DNA of 64,000 nt from Mytilus edulis (taxonomy: Eukaryota). The first letter of the stretch is position 1, and each line of letters begins with the position of its first letter. Of the stretch, positions 33,696 to 47,500 are shown piece after piece. Location: contig NC_092355.1 of the NCBI RefSeq assembly GCF_963676685.1, positions 73,470,001 to 73,534,000 of the forward strand, written 5' to 3'. The notes below the pieces were generated by a model. That model did no database searches and was not told the origin of the DNA. It worked only from the letters and a program-made list of their open reading frames with translations. Position numbers and translations under genes: made by a program.

Positions 33696-35035
33696 TTAGT
33701 GGTGTCTTCTTAATCTATCATGTCTATCTTGGACTGGTTTATTTGTTTTCTTTGTCTGAACCCTCAACTCTCATTAGAAATAGGATAACTAAAACTCTAT
33801 TCATCTAGTAGGTCATTAAAGCAAAGAAAAAGGATTACGTTCATAGTATAAGGGAGATAATTCCTATTGATGTAATAAAAAAAATGTACTGAATTTTATT
33901 GGGACAATATCAGCCAATCAAATTGTGAAAAATTACTCCAGCGATCAGCCAATTTTTTTTTTTTTTTTTTTATTTATAGATGAGAAAAGACTTATGCACA
34001 AACATGAACAACAAGACAAGAATGAATTATATATGCAGAATTTGAAATTAAACAAAAAGCAAGGTAAGTTCTAGGTAAGTTCAATTTGTGACACAGTTTG
34101 AACATCAACAATAAAAAAGGGACATAATTATGTATCATATTAATCCAGTTTTTTTTTTATTGATATTAAATAAAAAAATCGTGGTTTTTTAAAAATCATA
34201 TTCCTGAATTTAAAGGTGGAGATTATTTACCATTATCGTTAAGTATGCTAACAACAATGCTATTAAGAGATGTGGTATGATTTCCAGTGTTACAACTACC
34301 TATCAAAGTTCAAATTTAGCTGATTTAAGCAATTGCATGCAACCGTACAGCATTCAACTATGAGAAAAATCCATACCTTATTGTCAGCCCTAAAAGACTC
34401 CAACCTGATAAATATAATACATTTCAATTAAAAAAACTAAAGGAACTGTTTCTTTCAGAAAATTGATCTTTGTTCAATGGAATAATAAAGACAGTTTGTG
34501 TATATGGTCATTGGTTAAAAATAAAAGCTTTATTGGCAAGGGTTACAAATTTTGAAAAAAGGGAATTTTAAGCTATTAAAGGTATAGGATAAATGCAGAA
34601 TATACTTTTATTGTAAAAATTTATTTGTATGAGCTTGAGGTGCATATTTTAAATTAAATAATACAGAGGAAATAAGCAACATATAAACACCATTTAAAAA
34701 AAATAGTGGGGTCTTCTTAATCTATCATGTCTTTCTCACACTAAATTATTTTTATTCCTTGTCTGCACCCTCAACTGTCATTAGAAATAGGTTACCAAAA
34801 ACTTTTTTAAAGCCAACATTTATATGTGTACCTGTTAATACCAAAAATTGGTTGATTGCAGGATAAAATCTTGTATAAAATATTTTTATTTATAGATGTG
34901 AAGAGACTTATGCACCAACCTGAACAAGACAAAAATGAATTATACTAGTATATATGTGCAGAATTTGAAATTAAACAAAAAGCACGGTAAGTTCAATTTG
35001 TGACACAGTTTGAACATCAATAATAAAAAAGGGAC
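33696..35035 (+). repeat. Diverged direct duplication (33696-34125 vs 34705-35035), each copy holding an exon-like unit
   Basis: Shared gtcttcttaatctatcatgtct...tcattagaaatagg and ttatag|atg.gaa.agacttatgcac...aaaaagca.g|gtaagt...gggaca. Confidence 0.75.
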
Positions 35036-35690
35036 AGAATGGCGGGTCCCTCCTTAGTTACCCCTGGTCAACTGTGGATTTGACGGCAACTTTTAGCCAA
35101 TGAAAAAAATTGTTACATCCAAATTGCATTAGAATATTGGTTCTTTGTCAAATCTAATAAGTAAAGACATTAAAATTGAAAATGGAAATGGAGAACATAT
35201 TAAAGAGACAACAATCCTACCAATGAGCAAACAACTGCTTACAGCCACTAATGGGTCTTCAATATAGTGAGAATCTCCTGCACCTGGAGGCGCTCATACT
35301 AGTTCAGGGATAATTAATGTCATACTAAACTCCGAAATATATACACAAGAAACTAAAATTTAAAATCTAATAAGACTAACAAAGTCCAAAGGATACTTGG
35401 ATACACGTACTTGGGACATATGCAACAATGAGACAACAATACAATATGCACAATAAAACTCATCATAACAAAAAAAGTACATGTATGTGGTCATTGCTTA
35501 AGATTAAAAGCTCCATTGGCTGTGTATGGATACTTATACATTCCAATTACACACCTATGACTACTTTGTAAAATGCATAACTGTTTTAATTTCATGCAAT
35601 ACAGGCTTTTTAGAGTTTAAAAGAAAACTGTGTTAAATGATGCATACTTTTAATCTTTCCTTTATATAGTTGATTTCTAATACCAAGAGG

Positions 35691-38600
35691 ATGAATGTAG
35701 GTCTAGGTACACCTATCAAGCAGAGAGAATGTGATAGAGATTTTTGTTTAGTGTGTGGGAAATTTGCAAAGGAAGCCCGTAGAGTAGAAACCATCCGGAA
35801 GTTAAAAGGGAAAGATTACAGTTTAAAGGAGTTATTGAAGAAATATGGTGGAATTAATGTTGAAAGTGGAACAGTATGTAGAAACTGCAGTAAAAAAGTT
35901 GACTCTCTTCACAAAAAGAAAACTGATTTTTACAATGAATGCCAAAAAAATGCTGGGATGTCAAAACGAATGGCTTCCTCACCACATATAAATCCACCAA
36001 AGAGAATAAATATGTCAACACCGAAAACATCTACTCAATATGCAGCAGTTTTCAGTGACAGTGAAGAAGAAGAAGATGACATTTCCATCATTGGTTTACA
36101 TTTATCAGATGAAGGTAATTAAGTTAAGATATATGTTAACTTAAACCTGGCAACAATGAGTTGGGTGGTGCCCAATGAAACCCTTGCAAAAATGCAGATA
36201 ATACAGATTCTTTACTATAAAGTTTCTGGGGGACCAGGAACCATTGTAAATACATATAAATGTAATTTTGTATACTTATTAATCAATAACTTTAAAAATT
36301 TAATAATTAAGACATATAAGCTAACAAACATTATAAAAGAATTAAAATACAATTTATGGTAGCCACACTATTGTGCTGGTTTTAACTTTTGTCCTTGTAC
36401 TTTGAGCATATCCAAGGGATCATAATTTCAGAAAAACCACGGTGGCTGAAATTATTTTCACCCTTTGATGTGTGGTTTCATGTGAATAAATGTAAGTTAA
36501 GTTTTTTTTTCACACTTTTAAATTTTATTTTTAATTGGAGTTATTTCCCATTGCTCAGAATGGTACTAGAATTAATTTTTTTTGTTGATAGGTGGCCTAG
36601 ATTGATGCTTATGTTATGATCTATTTTAATTTATGAGTTATCTAAGTTTGAACAGGAATGGTGTAATTAATAAGTATATGGTTAAATACATGTAGTATAT
36701 CAATGAATGTATCTCTTCAAATGGTTTTAGTCAGAAGTTGTAAAAATATCATTATGACTATTTTTAAGTTATTTGTCTTTTTAATGTAGAAGTCCCAGTT
36801 GATCCTGTTTGAGTTTCAAGATTTCCAAATATCATTTTCATGCAGGAATTATGGTTTGCTGTCACTCTGACAGACTCTTGTTCTGAATCTTATATGGGAA
36901 CAATGCAATTAAAGAGGCATATCATCAGAAAAACTCATGCGTACAAAAATTAACCAAAGCAGACAACATTCAAACTTTCTAAAAAAAAGAAATTGAAAAC
37001 AAACCTTTAATAATTTCAATGTATCTGAAGCTCTTTTCTGGATTTACCTTCATCAGAAACTCTCATAGTCAAAGCCAAAGAAGGGAAGAAAGATACCAAA
37101 GATACCAAAAAGGACAGTCACACTCATTTATTGATAGATAAACTGACAACACCATGTCCAAAAAAGAAATAGACATAATTTTTTATATAGAATAGACCAC
37201 TGGTGTACCGTTTCAATGGTTTTACACTTGTAATTTTGGGGACCATCATAGCTTGTTGTTCGGTGTGAGCCAAGGCTCCATGTTCAAGGCCGTACCTTGA
37301 CCTATTATTGTTTACTTTATAAATTGTTATTTGGATGGAGAATTGTCACATTGGCCCTAATATCGCATCTTCCTATACTTAAATAACAGTTTACAGAACA
37401 CAAAATAAAAAAACTAAAGACTAAGCAACACAAACTCAACCAAAAACAGTTGGTGGTATGAGGTGCTCCAGAAGGGTAAGCAGATACTGCTCCACATGTG
37501 GCAGCAGTTGTCTTGTTCAAGTTATTACAAATCGTGCAAATAGTCTAACTGGGTAAAGTCACATGCAGGAAAAGAGAAGGGGTGGTAGTAACTACATAAG
37601 GAGCATATATATCTGATTCCATCTGTCAAACTGCTCATCGATAACGATCAACCACCTCGTGACGGCCTCCCTCTAAATGAATTAACAAATTTCTTGGAAC
37701 ATAAGGTCGATATCAGATGTTGTTTAAGGGGGAGCACACTTGAATTAACTTATCTAAGAATATCAGTTAAAATCTGTTTGACAGTCAAAATGTAGGAGAC
37801 AGTAAAAATGTGTTACACAGTAAAAATCTTATTTTCAAATTTGGTTCGATGAATCAATCTTTTTTATTCTGAAAATAGATTTTATTATTTGGAACAAATT
37901 TGTATACTTTTCTTTATTTTTTCATAACATTTTTATTATAGATACAGAAACAAACCAAGCACATGTATCAGGTATCCTATCTTTACAGTCTGCATCATCT
38001 TTATCAGGATCATCTTCACATCCATTTTCATTAGATTCATTGACTTCTTCTGCTACATCTGAATCGGCAACATCCTTTCAAACAGCTTCTATGACATCTT
38101 TGGCTTCATCTAATTCTGTAACATCAAACCAAACAGGTTCATGCTCAACATCTACTGATCACATATATTCCAAGAATAATGAGAAATCTTCAACCGTAAA
38201 ATCTAAGGGTAAAGAAGATAAGCAAAGATCAACAATTCCTGCTGCCATAGATCACGATTATATTGTATCTAAGCCTTCCCCTGTTGTACAAAATATAATG
38301 GTAGATAAAATCATGGATTTTAAAAACAATATAAATATAAATTCAAAAACAGAAATGAAAGAAGCAGACACAGAAATTCTTATGTCTATCTTGAAAACAA
38401 AAAACAAAAGAGAAGTTATCAAACATCTCCTCACAACTGAGGGTTTTAAAGACAGCATCCTGTGCCTTTTGATGGAGGAAACAAATTTGATGTCCAATCG
38501 TCTAAGAAATAGGAAACTATTTTATGTTAGTGAGTTGATGAAAAAGAGACCAGAGGATTTGAAATTTTTTAAATGGAATGAAATTATTTGTGAGTTCATG

Positions 38601-41600
38601 GTAAAATTTCCAACAGTTTTCAGTTTGATATTGACAATGTTCTTAACGCCACAAGACATGGAGAACAAAGATAAAATAGAAGCTATTATACCAAGAATAG
38701 GAATGGTTTACAGCATGCTAATGCAGGGAAGAAACAAAGAGCTCAGCAGAATACAGCGAATAACATCACTGTTTTTGTTTGACAACATATGTGATCAAAA
38801 GGTAAATAAATGTTTTATACTATTCATGTACAGAGAATTCATCCTTGATTCCTTTATAATGCAATGGTGATCAATCTGGTATTGTTTTTTCTAGGTGTTA
38901 TACTGGAAATAGAAAAACAAGCAAGAAGGTGGAATATATATCTATGTGTTCAAATAAATTAAAAATTCATGATGATAGCTAATAAGAAAACTCTCCCTAA
39001 GAGACTAAAAGCCACAGAAATTAACAACTTTAGGTCAGGATACAGCCTTTAACAATGAGCAATTAATAACAATGTATAATGTCGACTCCAATTTTTTATA
39101 AATACTAAAAAAAGAAAAGAAAATTATTAATGAAATGAAAAATCTAGCAATACAATACATCAAATACTTAAAGGGTACTTTGAACAACTGTGTGCAGTGC
39201 AGTATGGTACCATGTGAGGTATAACTGGAGCCAGTAGACTTGTGGTATAATAATACTGTTCAGAAAAAAACTAAACTTTTTTTCCTGAAAAGAAGATGGT
39301 TTTATTTAGGATAAATGTTACACTTCTGGTTTTAATGTGTTTTCTTTTCAAGTTTAGACAATTCAGAATACCTGTGAATACAATTAAACTTCAATACACT
39401 GAATACTAATTTGTTTACTCACTTAATTTGATTTTAAAAGAATTATTACTTTTAAAATATACTTCATATTAAGGAAGATTCATTTAACTTGCAGGTGTTT
39501 GATAGACTTCAGACGGTTGGCGTATGCCTAAGTTATGAAAGAAGCCTACAAATTGTAGAGATGATTGGAGGCCATTTCAATGATAAGGTAGTGCAGCTGG
39601 TAAAGGACAACACTCGTTTCCGAATCATTGGTGACAACATCAATTGGACTGTTGGTGTTCATGACCAACGAATTAACAACAAACAGAAAATGATGCATGC
39701 TTTTGGTTCAGCAGTGATAGTACAAAACCTGACCTTCACCAATCTAGACAGAGTTGTACCACAACAGCTTTATAGTCAAACACCAGTTCAAAACTTCATA
39801 CCATCAGAGGAAGATTACAACCTTATAACAACTGACTACATCATTCTAATGTCAAGGGTTGTTTTTGAACACATTCCATACTTCAAAAAATTTTCAGATA
39901 TTGTTCCAATTAACATCAGCACACCATGTAGTCCTAATTTGAAAAAAAAGTCAGAAGTCATACCATTACCTGTTCTGTTAAAAAATGAGCAATACTATCA
40001 AGATGTCGTAGGGATACTTGATTTCTATGAGAAATGTTTAAAAGATGCGCATGATAAAGCAGGAAAACAACTCCATGATCAGACATATCAGATAGGAGGA
40101 GACCAGCTGACACGAGAGAGATTCTCAGGAGCAAAGTCACTCAGGGCACACCATCTTAATCCTAGTGACAAATTCACCCACTTGAGTCCAATAACTTTTG
40201 AACTTTTCCACATGTTGATGTCCTACCTCAAAATGTCATTGAACCTCACATACAAACAAGAAAGTGGTCAGGATATTGGAACCTTAAAATCACTCCAAGA
40301 TAGACTTTCCAGAAAAAATATTGGTGACAATGTGAATGATCACTATGAAGCAAATAAAGACTTTTTTATTTCTGTTACAGACATGTACATTGTGGAGTGT
40401 TTCTTGGAGTTTTTTGGTATGGAAGATAAATATTCAATGCCAACTAAACATGTGCCACCAACCTTTAACACAAATGATGAAATGAAGGAATGGTATTTCA
40501 GTACTGTGGAGATGATAGTCAAACAACATGTTTTCCTCCAAACTATAACCACAGGTGCAAAACAACAAATGCTGGAAGGTATATATATTTATATATATAT
40601 ATGTGTGTGTGAGCATGAAACATTAAATGAACTGAGTTCACTAACCATCATTATAAAATACCAGGATAAAAGCAACTATTTGTCCAAATACATTTGCTGT
40701 GTACATTACAATTCACCTTGGTCAAATTAAACATATACTGAATCCTTGATCAGACACACTGACATAAAAAGCAGGTTTAGACAGGCAGCAAGGGTTATAT
40801 AAATTGGGCGTAAGATTTTAATTTCTACTATAGATGTTTCAATTAACACTGATCAAACTATAAACTAACTTTCAGCATGAATAAGTAAGAAAACAGATTT
40901 GTTTTTTTGATTAATTAATTATGACAGAATTCTAAACTTCAAAATCTGTTCTGATTGTGATTATATACTGCTACATTTAAATTTGAGGATGAATATACCT
41001 GTATAAATCAAATTGATGGAAATAACTCCCCATACAGAAATTAATGCTAACAAAAGCACATAAGTTTCACATGTGAAGCACATGAGATGCAAGTAAGAAT
41101 TGTATGCAAATCAGGTTGCTCATATGTGCAGTTTGGTAGTTCATATATATCTAATTTAGAAAACTAATTCTTTACAGTTGATGGTCAAGTTTTCCGATTA
41201 GTTTTGGCGAATGGGAAAACCATCACACTCATGAAGAAAACAATATCAAAGTCAAAGAAAGGTGATCAGATTAGTAATTATGGAAATCAAATACTCCAAC
41301 TAGGATTGTTATTTAAAGACTTGATAGATATGATACATATGCCAGAAAGAGTAAGAGGGATACGTTTGTTGAAACTTGCAATGATGTATTTTAAAGTCTA
41401 TAATAATCTATCTAAGTATGCCTTAGAAATACTCAGACTCCTGGTACATCAGTTATGTACTTTGTCTGAGAAAGGCTCCAATGAGGAGTTCTACGCCATG
41501 TTTGTGAATACAGGAGGAAAATTTGAAACACATATTCCTGCTGATCGAAGAATGGAGTACCTTGTCAAAGAAGTGAAACAACATGTTAAGCATATGTACT

Positions 41601-41914
41601 CCAACAAAACAGAAGAGAATATTTCAAACCGTACCAGGGCAATATCTGGAATTCGTGAAATTTCAGTAAATTTTGACCAACAGTCAGGGGTAATTATACG
41701 CTCAAAAAAACATTCCGACAAATCATCTAAGGAAGATGAACTGGCTATTTTATCAGATTTACGAGATATTAGACCATTTCATTGTCAACCTGGTAGGAAA
41801 CATTCATGTTTTGGAGAAATGTCATCATCTGTTGTTCAAAACCTTGATGTGGACCATTATCACAATTGGATCAATACCAGAAAAGTTAAATTTGCTTTGG
41901 AAAATGGGAACTAA
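35691..41914 (+). CDS. Academ-type DDE transposase, 4 exons (35691-36114, 37942-38801, 39495-40578, 41178-41914), about 1034 aa, intact
   Basis: GT-AG introns of phase 1, 0 and 1 keep the frame; N-terminal CLVC...CRNC zinc site; Ser/Thr linker; IIGDNIN (D), GGDQLTRER (D), FELFH, PADRRMEYL (E). Confidence 0.85.
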
Positions 41915-42599
41915 ACATTGACATAATCAAATGACTATTAATAGTCTGTAATTTGCCAGGTGCAATTTGTTTTTTTGTAACTTGTTTTCTTTGGATTGAT
42001 CTGAAGATTGAAGATATTTCATCAGATTTTTGTAGATTGTTGTTATGATGTATTTGATAATTACATGATTTTCCCTGGTTGGGTGAAGGGTTTGACACCT
42101 TCAAACTAGTTAAACCCAACCATAGTCTGTTGTTGTTGGTTGATCTAATATTTGTATTTTTTTAAATTTTTTTATATGAAATAGAGCACTTAGTTTTCTA
42201 AAAAAAAAATCTCACTTTTTTCAAGTGGGACCTTTTATAGCTGACTATAGGTTTATCTCATTGTTAAAGGCTATACTTATTTGATTGCCTATGATTGATT
42301 ACATTTAATTCTTTTGAACTTTGGTCATGAGAGTTGTCTCATTGGCAATCTTACCACATCTCCATATTTTTATGACAGTTCTTCTTAATTAAAACTACTA
42401 TATAGCTTTTATCCAATCAATCATTTTTTCTTCAAATATATTCCACCTTTGGTTTGTATTGATATTTGATATGTAAAGGTCATAAAGTTTTTTTTTAAAC
42501 CTGGTTAATGGTAAACATAAAATCAAAAGAACTAACATACAATATGCATATAGCTTTTTATATACTACAAATATTTTCAACTTTTTAACTAGTTACATG

Positions 42600-44290
42600 A
42601 AACATTTTTTACCTATTATAAAGAAAATGCACGATCACTTACACTGTTTTCTTTAGTTTAAAAATCTACAGTTACCATATACAATGTAGAGAATATTGGA
42701 CATTTTCTTTGCTGTTTCATATGATAGACCAGCAATAATTACTCTAGTTTGGAAATAAAATATTCACCTTTTTTTTAGATATTAGCAAAGGCAAAAATGA
42801 TTATTCAAAATAATTTTTTTTGTCAAAATAATTCACAAATTAAAATAGTGGAAAGATACAGATATTTACAGTATTTTACCGGTAGTTATTGTATTTATTT
42901 TTTATTGAAATTAAAAAAATGCCACAGATGATCTCTTTAATAAAGCTCTACAAGTCTTTTTCTCCATTAAAAGTATATAATTGTAATTTCTGTGAGGTAC
43001 CCTTGAAAACCTGTCTTAAGGTGGTACCCAACACTTTCACTAAAATTAATTTGGTTCGTTTAATTTTCATAAAATTTCGTCAAAGTATTTACTTTGAGAC
43101 TTTGATAAATATATAAAAAATTTAATTTTTTTGAACCAACCATTTTGTCAGAAAAAATACACTGGTTATATAGCAATTTGACAAACTCCAATTTTGATCA
43201 TTGAGAAGCTAAATATTCCTTTTACAACACAACGTAATTAAAACGTTTAGCTGATTTTACAGAGTTATCTCCCTGTAGTGTTAGGTACCACCTTAAACTT
43301 TTTGAAAGTCTGATTAAACCTTTTTTCACATATGGTAGTGAAATGTGGTTATTTGATCATTACATAAATTTGAATAATTTTGACAATCTACCAACTGATA
43401 GAATACAACAAAAGATGTGGGAATATATTCTGAGGGTCAAAACATAGTCATCAAATATGTCTAGTAGACTTGAATGTAACAGGAATCCAATGTTGTTTAT
43501 TAATTTTGTTTAATGTATAGTTATCATAAAACAATACTTAAAATAAATATAGCTAGAATATTATATAGTGCATTTAATGCAGGTCAATAATTATCTCATG
43601 AAAACTTAAAATGCTGGTTTTCTACACTGAATAAAATGTTAAAGTACTTAAACTTAATACAAAAAAATTGACAATAAAAACTCTTATAAGATAATATAAT
43701 CAGCAATCTGTCTTACAACCACAAATAATCATATCTGGAGCTGTGGACAGAAACCTGGTGTTTTTTAGTAATATTTTTGTTTCAAATTTTGTTCCCAGTA
43801 CTATCTTCAAACCAATCTTTTCAAAAATATGAAAAGTAAAATTACACACTTACATGTATGTGCTCAGTTTTTAAATTTTAAAATGGGAAGATACAATAAA
43901 CCCAAAATTCCAAGATAACTACGTTTTTCACTCAGTACAGACTGAAGAAGATTTATTAAAATCTTGTGATGAATATAAAGTGTTTAAAGGTACCAGATTA
44001 TATTATAAAATATAAGGCACATTGTTTACCAATCTTATGGCTTAAATTTAAAAGATTCATGAAATAATCATTTTCTAAACTTTTAAATCCACAAAATATT
44101 ACTGAATGTACATGTAATCATTTATTCAAATTTGTCAGAGATGCATTAGACATAGGAAACAATTCATAAAAGGAGGGTTACAATTGTATAACATGTGAAA
44201 CATTGAAATTTTGTTTTGTATGATATCATACATGTATGACATTTAATGGAGAATACTTATGTTATATTACTTATCTAATCTGAATCTGAA
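42600..44290 (+). pseudogene. Heavily degraded LINE 3' remnant between the two AcademH genes
   Basis: Residual YGSEMW, ILRVK and GRYNKPKIP motifs; (atctga)n tail at about 44272-44290; boundaries approximate. Confidence 0.5.
43020..43292. mobile_element. TTAA-specific MITE (Kolobok- or piggyBac-like)
   Basis: ttaa|ggtggtacccaacact ... agtgttaggtaccacc|ttaa. Confidence 0.8.
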
Positions 44291-44558
44291 AATTTGGAGT
44301 TATCTCCCATTGTTTTGACCAACTTTTTGTGAATGAAGTATTAGTGGTACATTTTATTTCTAACAGTCAAACATTTTAATTGAAAGGTGGCAAATTAGGT
44401 GTTCTTCAACTTAATTATTTGTTTACTTCTGAAAATCATAACAAGATAGGCCCATTTTCTTGTGTTTTTTTTTATAAAAATTTGTTTAAACACTGAATTA
44501 GCCCAGTCAATCCATTTTAACTTTCGACTATTAATATGCAGTTTTAAATTGTGTAGAT

Positions 44559-47500
44559 TTAATTTAATGTTTGTACAATGAGTAAAATGTTACTCAAATA
44601 ATGCTGCTTTAGGTGAACATAAGGAAATAAGCCCTGGATGTCCTCTTCACATTTAATGTCTTTGTAGTTCAAAACAATTTTGTCACACAAAGTTTGGGTC
44701 AATCCTGTCACAAGTTGTTGGTTTAACATGTTTATTTGATCATTTTCTGCATTGAAATATGATTCTAGCATTTCCTTTAATTGTGTACAATCAGGTTCAT
44801 CAGCACATTGACAATTATCTATGACCTCACACTTTTCCACTTCACTTACAAGACAATGATCACATTCACATTCTTTTTCACATACATCACAGCAGTTATG
44901 CTTAAGTATTGAATCTAAATCAACCTTTGTCTCAAAATACTGGCTTAGAAACTTTCTTCTGCATGTTTTTAGGAGGCAGAATTCTCTCACTTCTGGTTGT
45001 ACAATTGTGTTGGTGGCAATATCACTCATATTGTAATGCATATATGCACTGCTTTGTCGACCATCTCTACCAGCTCTACCAATTTCTTGTAGATAACCTA
45101 AACGAGTAAACAATAATTGTTTTTGTTAAATCATTTCCTTTCATTTTTCAAATTTTTGGTTCTGACATTCATGAAAAAAACGAAACAATATTACATATTT
45201 CAAATTTTAGAACTGCAATTTTTTTCTGTTAAAGTCTCATGTTTTTTTGCATGTTGGTGTATCAGCATATGAAAATGTGACCAACATACAGCATTGGCTT
45301 TTGATCTCAAGGTGAAAATATGGATTTTTGTATTGTAAATACTTGTGACCTATGACTTTTCATCTTTTTTTACAAAGTGTTATGATATTTGGAATATCAC
45401 AAAAGGATGAAGTGTATGATTTTTAGGCGTCTATGTATATATATATATATATATAGTTACAATTATTGGCCTTTCACTTGTTGTAAAATATGAAAGTCTT
45501 TGTGAAAATTAATTAATATATGCATAATCCAGAACTTTTCTATTTAGATAAATTTATTTATATTTATAAATATGCAATTGTGTAATATATATGTATTAGA
45601 CCGCAGTCAAATTTTTTAAGGTGCTTATGATCCAATTCTTGCAATTTAAATATTATAAACTGTTAACATAAATAGTTAGTTTTATGTTTCCATATGTAGA
45701 TAGGAGATAACTACCCTTATATTTTATCAGTTGAGTCTGCTTTTTATGCAGCTCTGAACACCATGGTTCTGTTGGTATTAATAGACACAGTCTAAAGGGG
45801 AATAATCCTTACATATGATACTGATTGTCTCCCATATCAATTATGTATTCAGTGTTTTATAATGTTGTATTTTATTATATTATTATTTCATTGTTATCAT
45901 ATTGTATGAAATTTTGAAACCCTAATAACCTTTAGTGTAATACGTTATATAGCCTTAATACTTGCATTCCAAAGAACTTGGTGGTCCAATGTGGCAAACC
46001 CTTTCCACATCTGGGGCATCAGTGCCCATACCATAAGCTTGAGTGGCAAAAAGCAACTTTATGGATCCATGTGTGTCTGCCATGTTCTGTGCTATATTTT
46101 TTTTCATCTAGAATTATACAATTTATTTCAAATGCAAATGATTTATAATGATTTCATATTTCTTTATACATGTAAAATACTGTTTCATTCAATTCGTTGT
46201 TTATTGTTTAATACTAATGAAATATGTTGAATAAAGTGGACATGGACATTAATGTTCTGTAACAATTAAACTGTTTTTTTTTGCATCCATGTACAAAGAT
46301 GAATAAGGGTTCTGTCCATGGCCAAATATTAAAATTAAATCAAAGTCAAAAGCACTAAATGCATGAGCGTTATGAGTATATGACCGCATTAAGATAAAAT
46401 GAAAATTCATAATATAAGTAGTAACCAATGGATGTCACTGTCATAATTTGTTGGACAATATTAGTGATGGGCACATCTAATGATTGGTTTATTTTTCAAC
46501 TCTTAAAAAAAATATTTCTGAAATATGCTTATTTCTTGTAAACCATATTATGAAATTAAAAGAAAAATCTTCTACCTTAAGAATGGAAGTATTATTTATT
46601 ACAAAAATATGTACAAAAACATCAGACCAAAATGAAAATAGAAAAAATATTTGTACTCCTGTGGAGTCAGTATACCAGATTTGAATCCATTCCTTTTTTT
46701 GAAAGTTTGCCTGGAGTTTGCTTGTCTATGTTTGATTTCTTAGTAGATTATAAAAGGAATGCTTTATTAATATTTAAAATAACCTCATCTGTGCAAGGTG
46801 CATGGAACTGTGACACTGCTGAAAGTATTTCATCGGTATTGTCTTCCAGGCGGGCTGCCTGTGACACCATGTCATAGCCTACTCCACACCATTTCAGTTT
46901 TGAATAAACAATAGTTTTGGGAACATTCCAGATCTGACTACAAAGTTCCTCAATATATGGGTTTAACACATCTTGATATGAACCTTCTGCTGTTGTTTTA
47001 CCTCCAGTGAGAGGTAAACGTTTTTGAACTATAAGTTTGATGTTTGGTCTATCAACTGGACCTGATAGGGAAAACACATCTTTCATACAAAGTTGTTGTT
47101 GTATCTCTTTCCTCATTTTCGGTGTTGCTGTTGCTGTAAGTGCTAGGATTTTTGCCTGTGGCAATATTGCACGTAATTTTGAAATGTTTCTGAAATCTGG
47201 ACGAAAATCGTGTCCCCATTGAACCACACAATGAGCCTCGTCTACTACAATGTGTGACACATTTTCCCAACTCTTCTGCTTAAAAATGGTGCAAACTTCT
47301 TTTTTTAGAATTTGTTCAGGGTGGCCAAAAATGTACTCAAATTTACCATCCTTGAAATCTGCTGCCTCTGGTCCTGAAATATAAAAATTAAACCTTTTTG
47401 GTACATAAACACCATTTATTTTTAGACTTTGATTAATAATAAGATTAATATGTATTTACAGATTTAATGTAAAAATATTATTAACAGTTTAATTCTTTAG

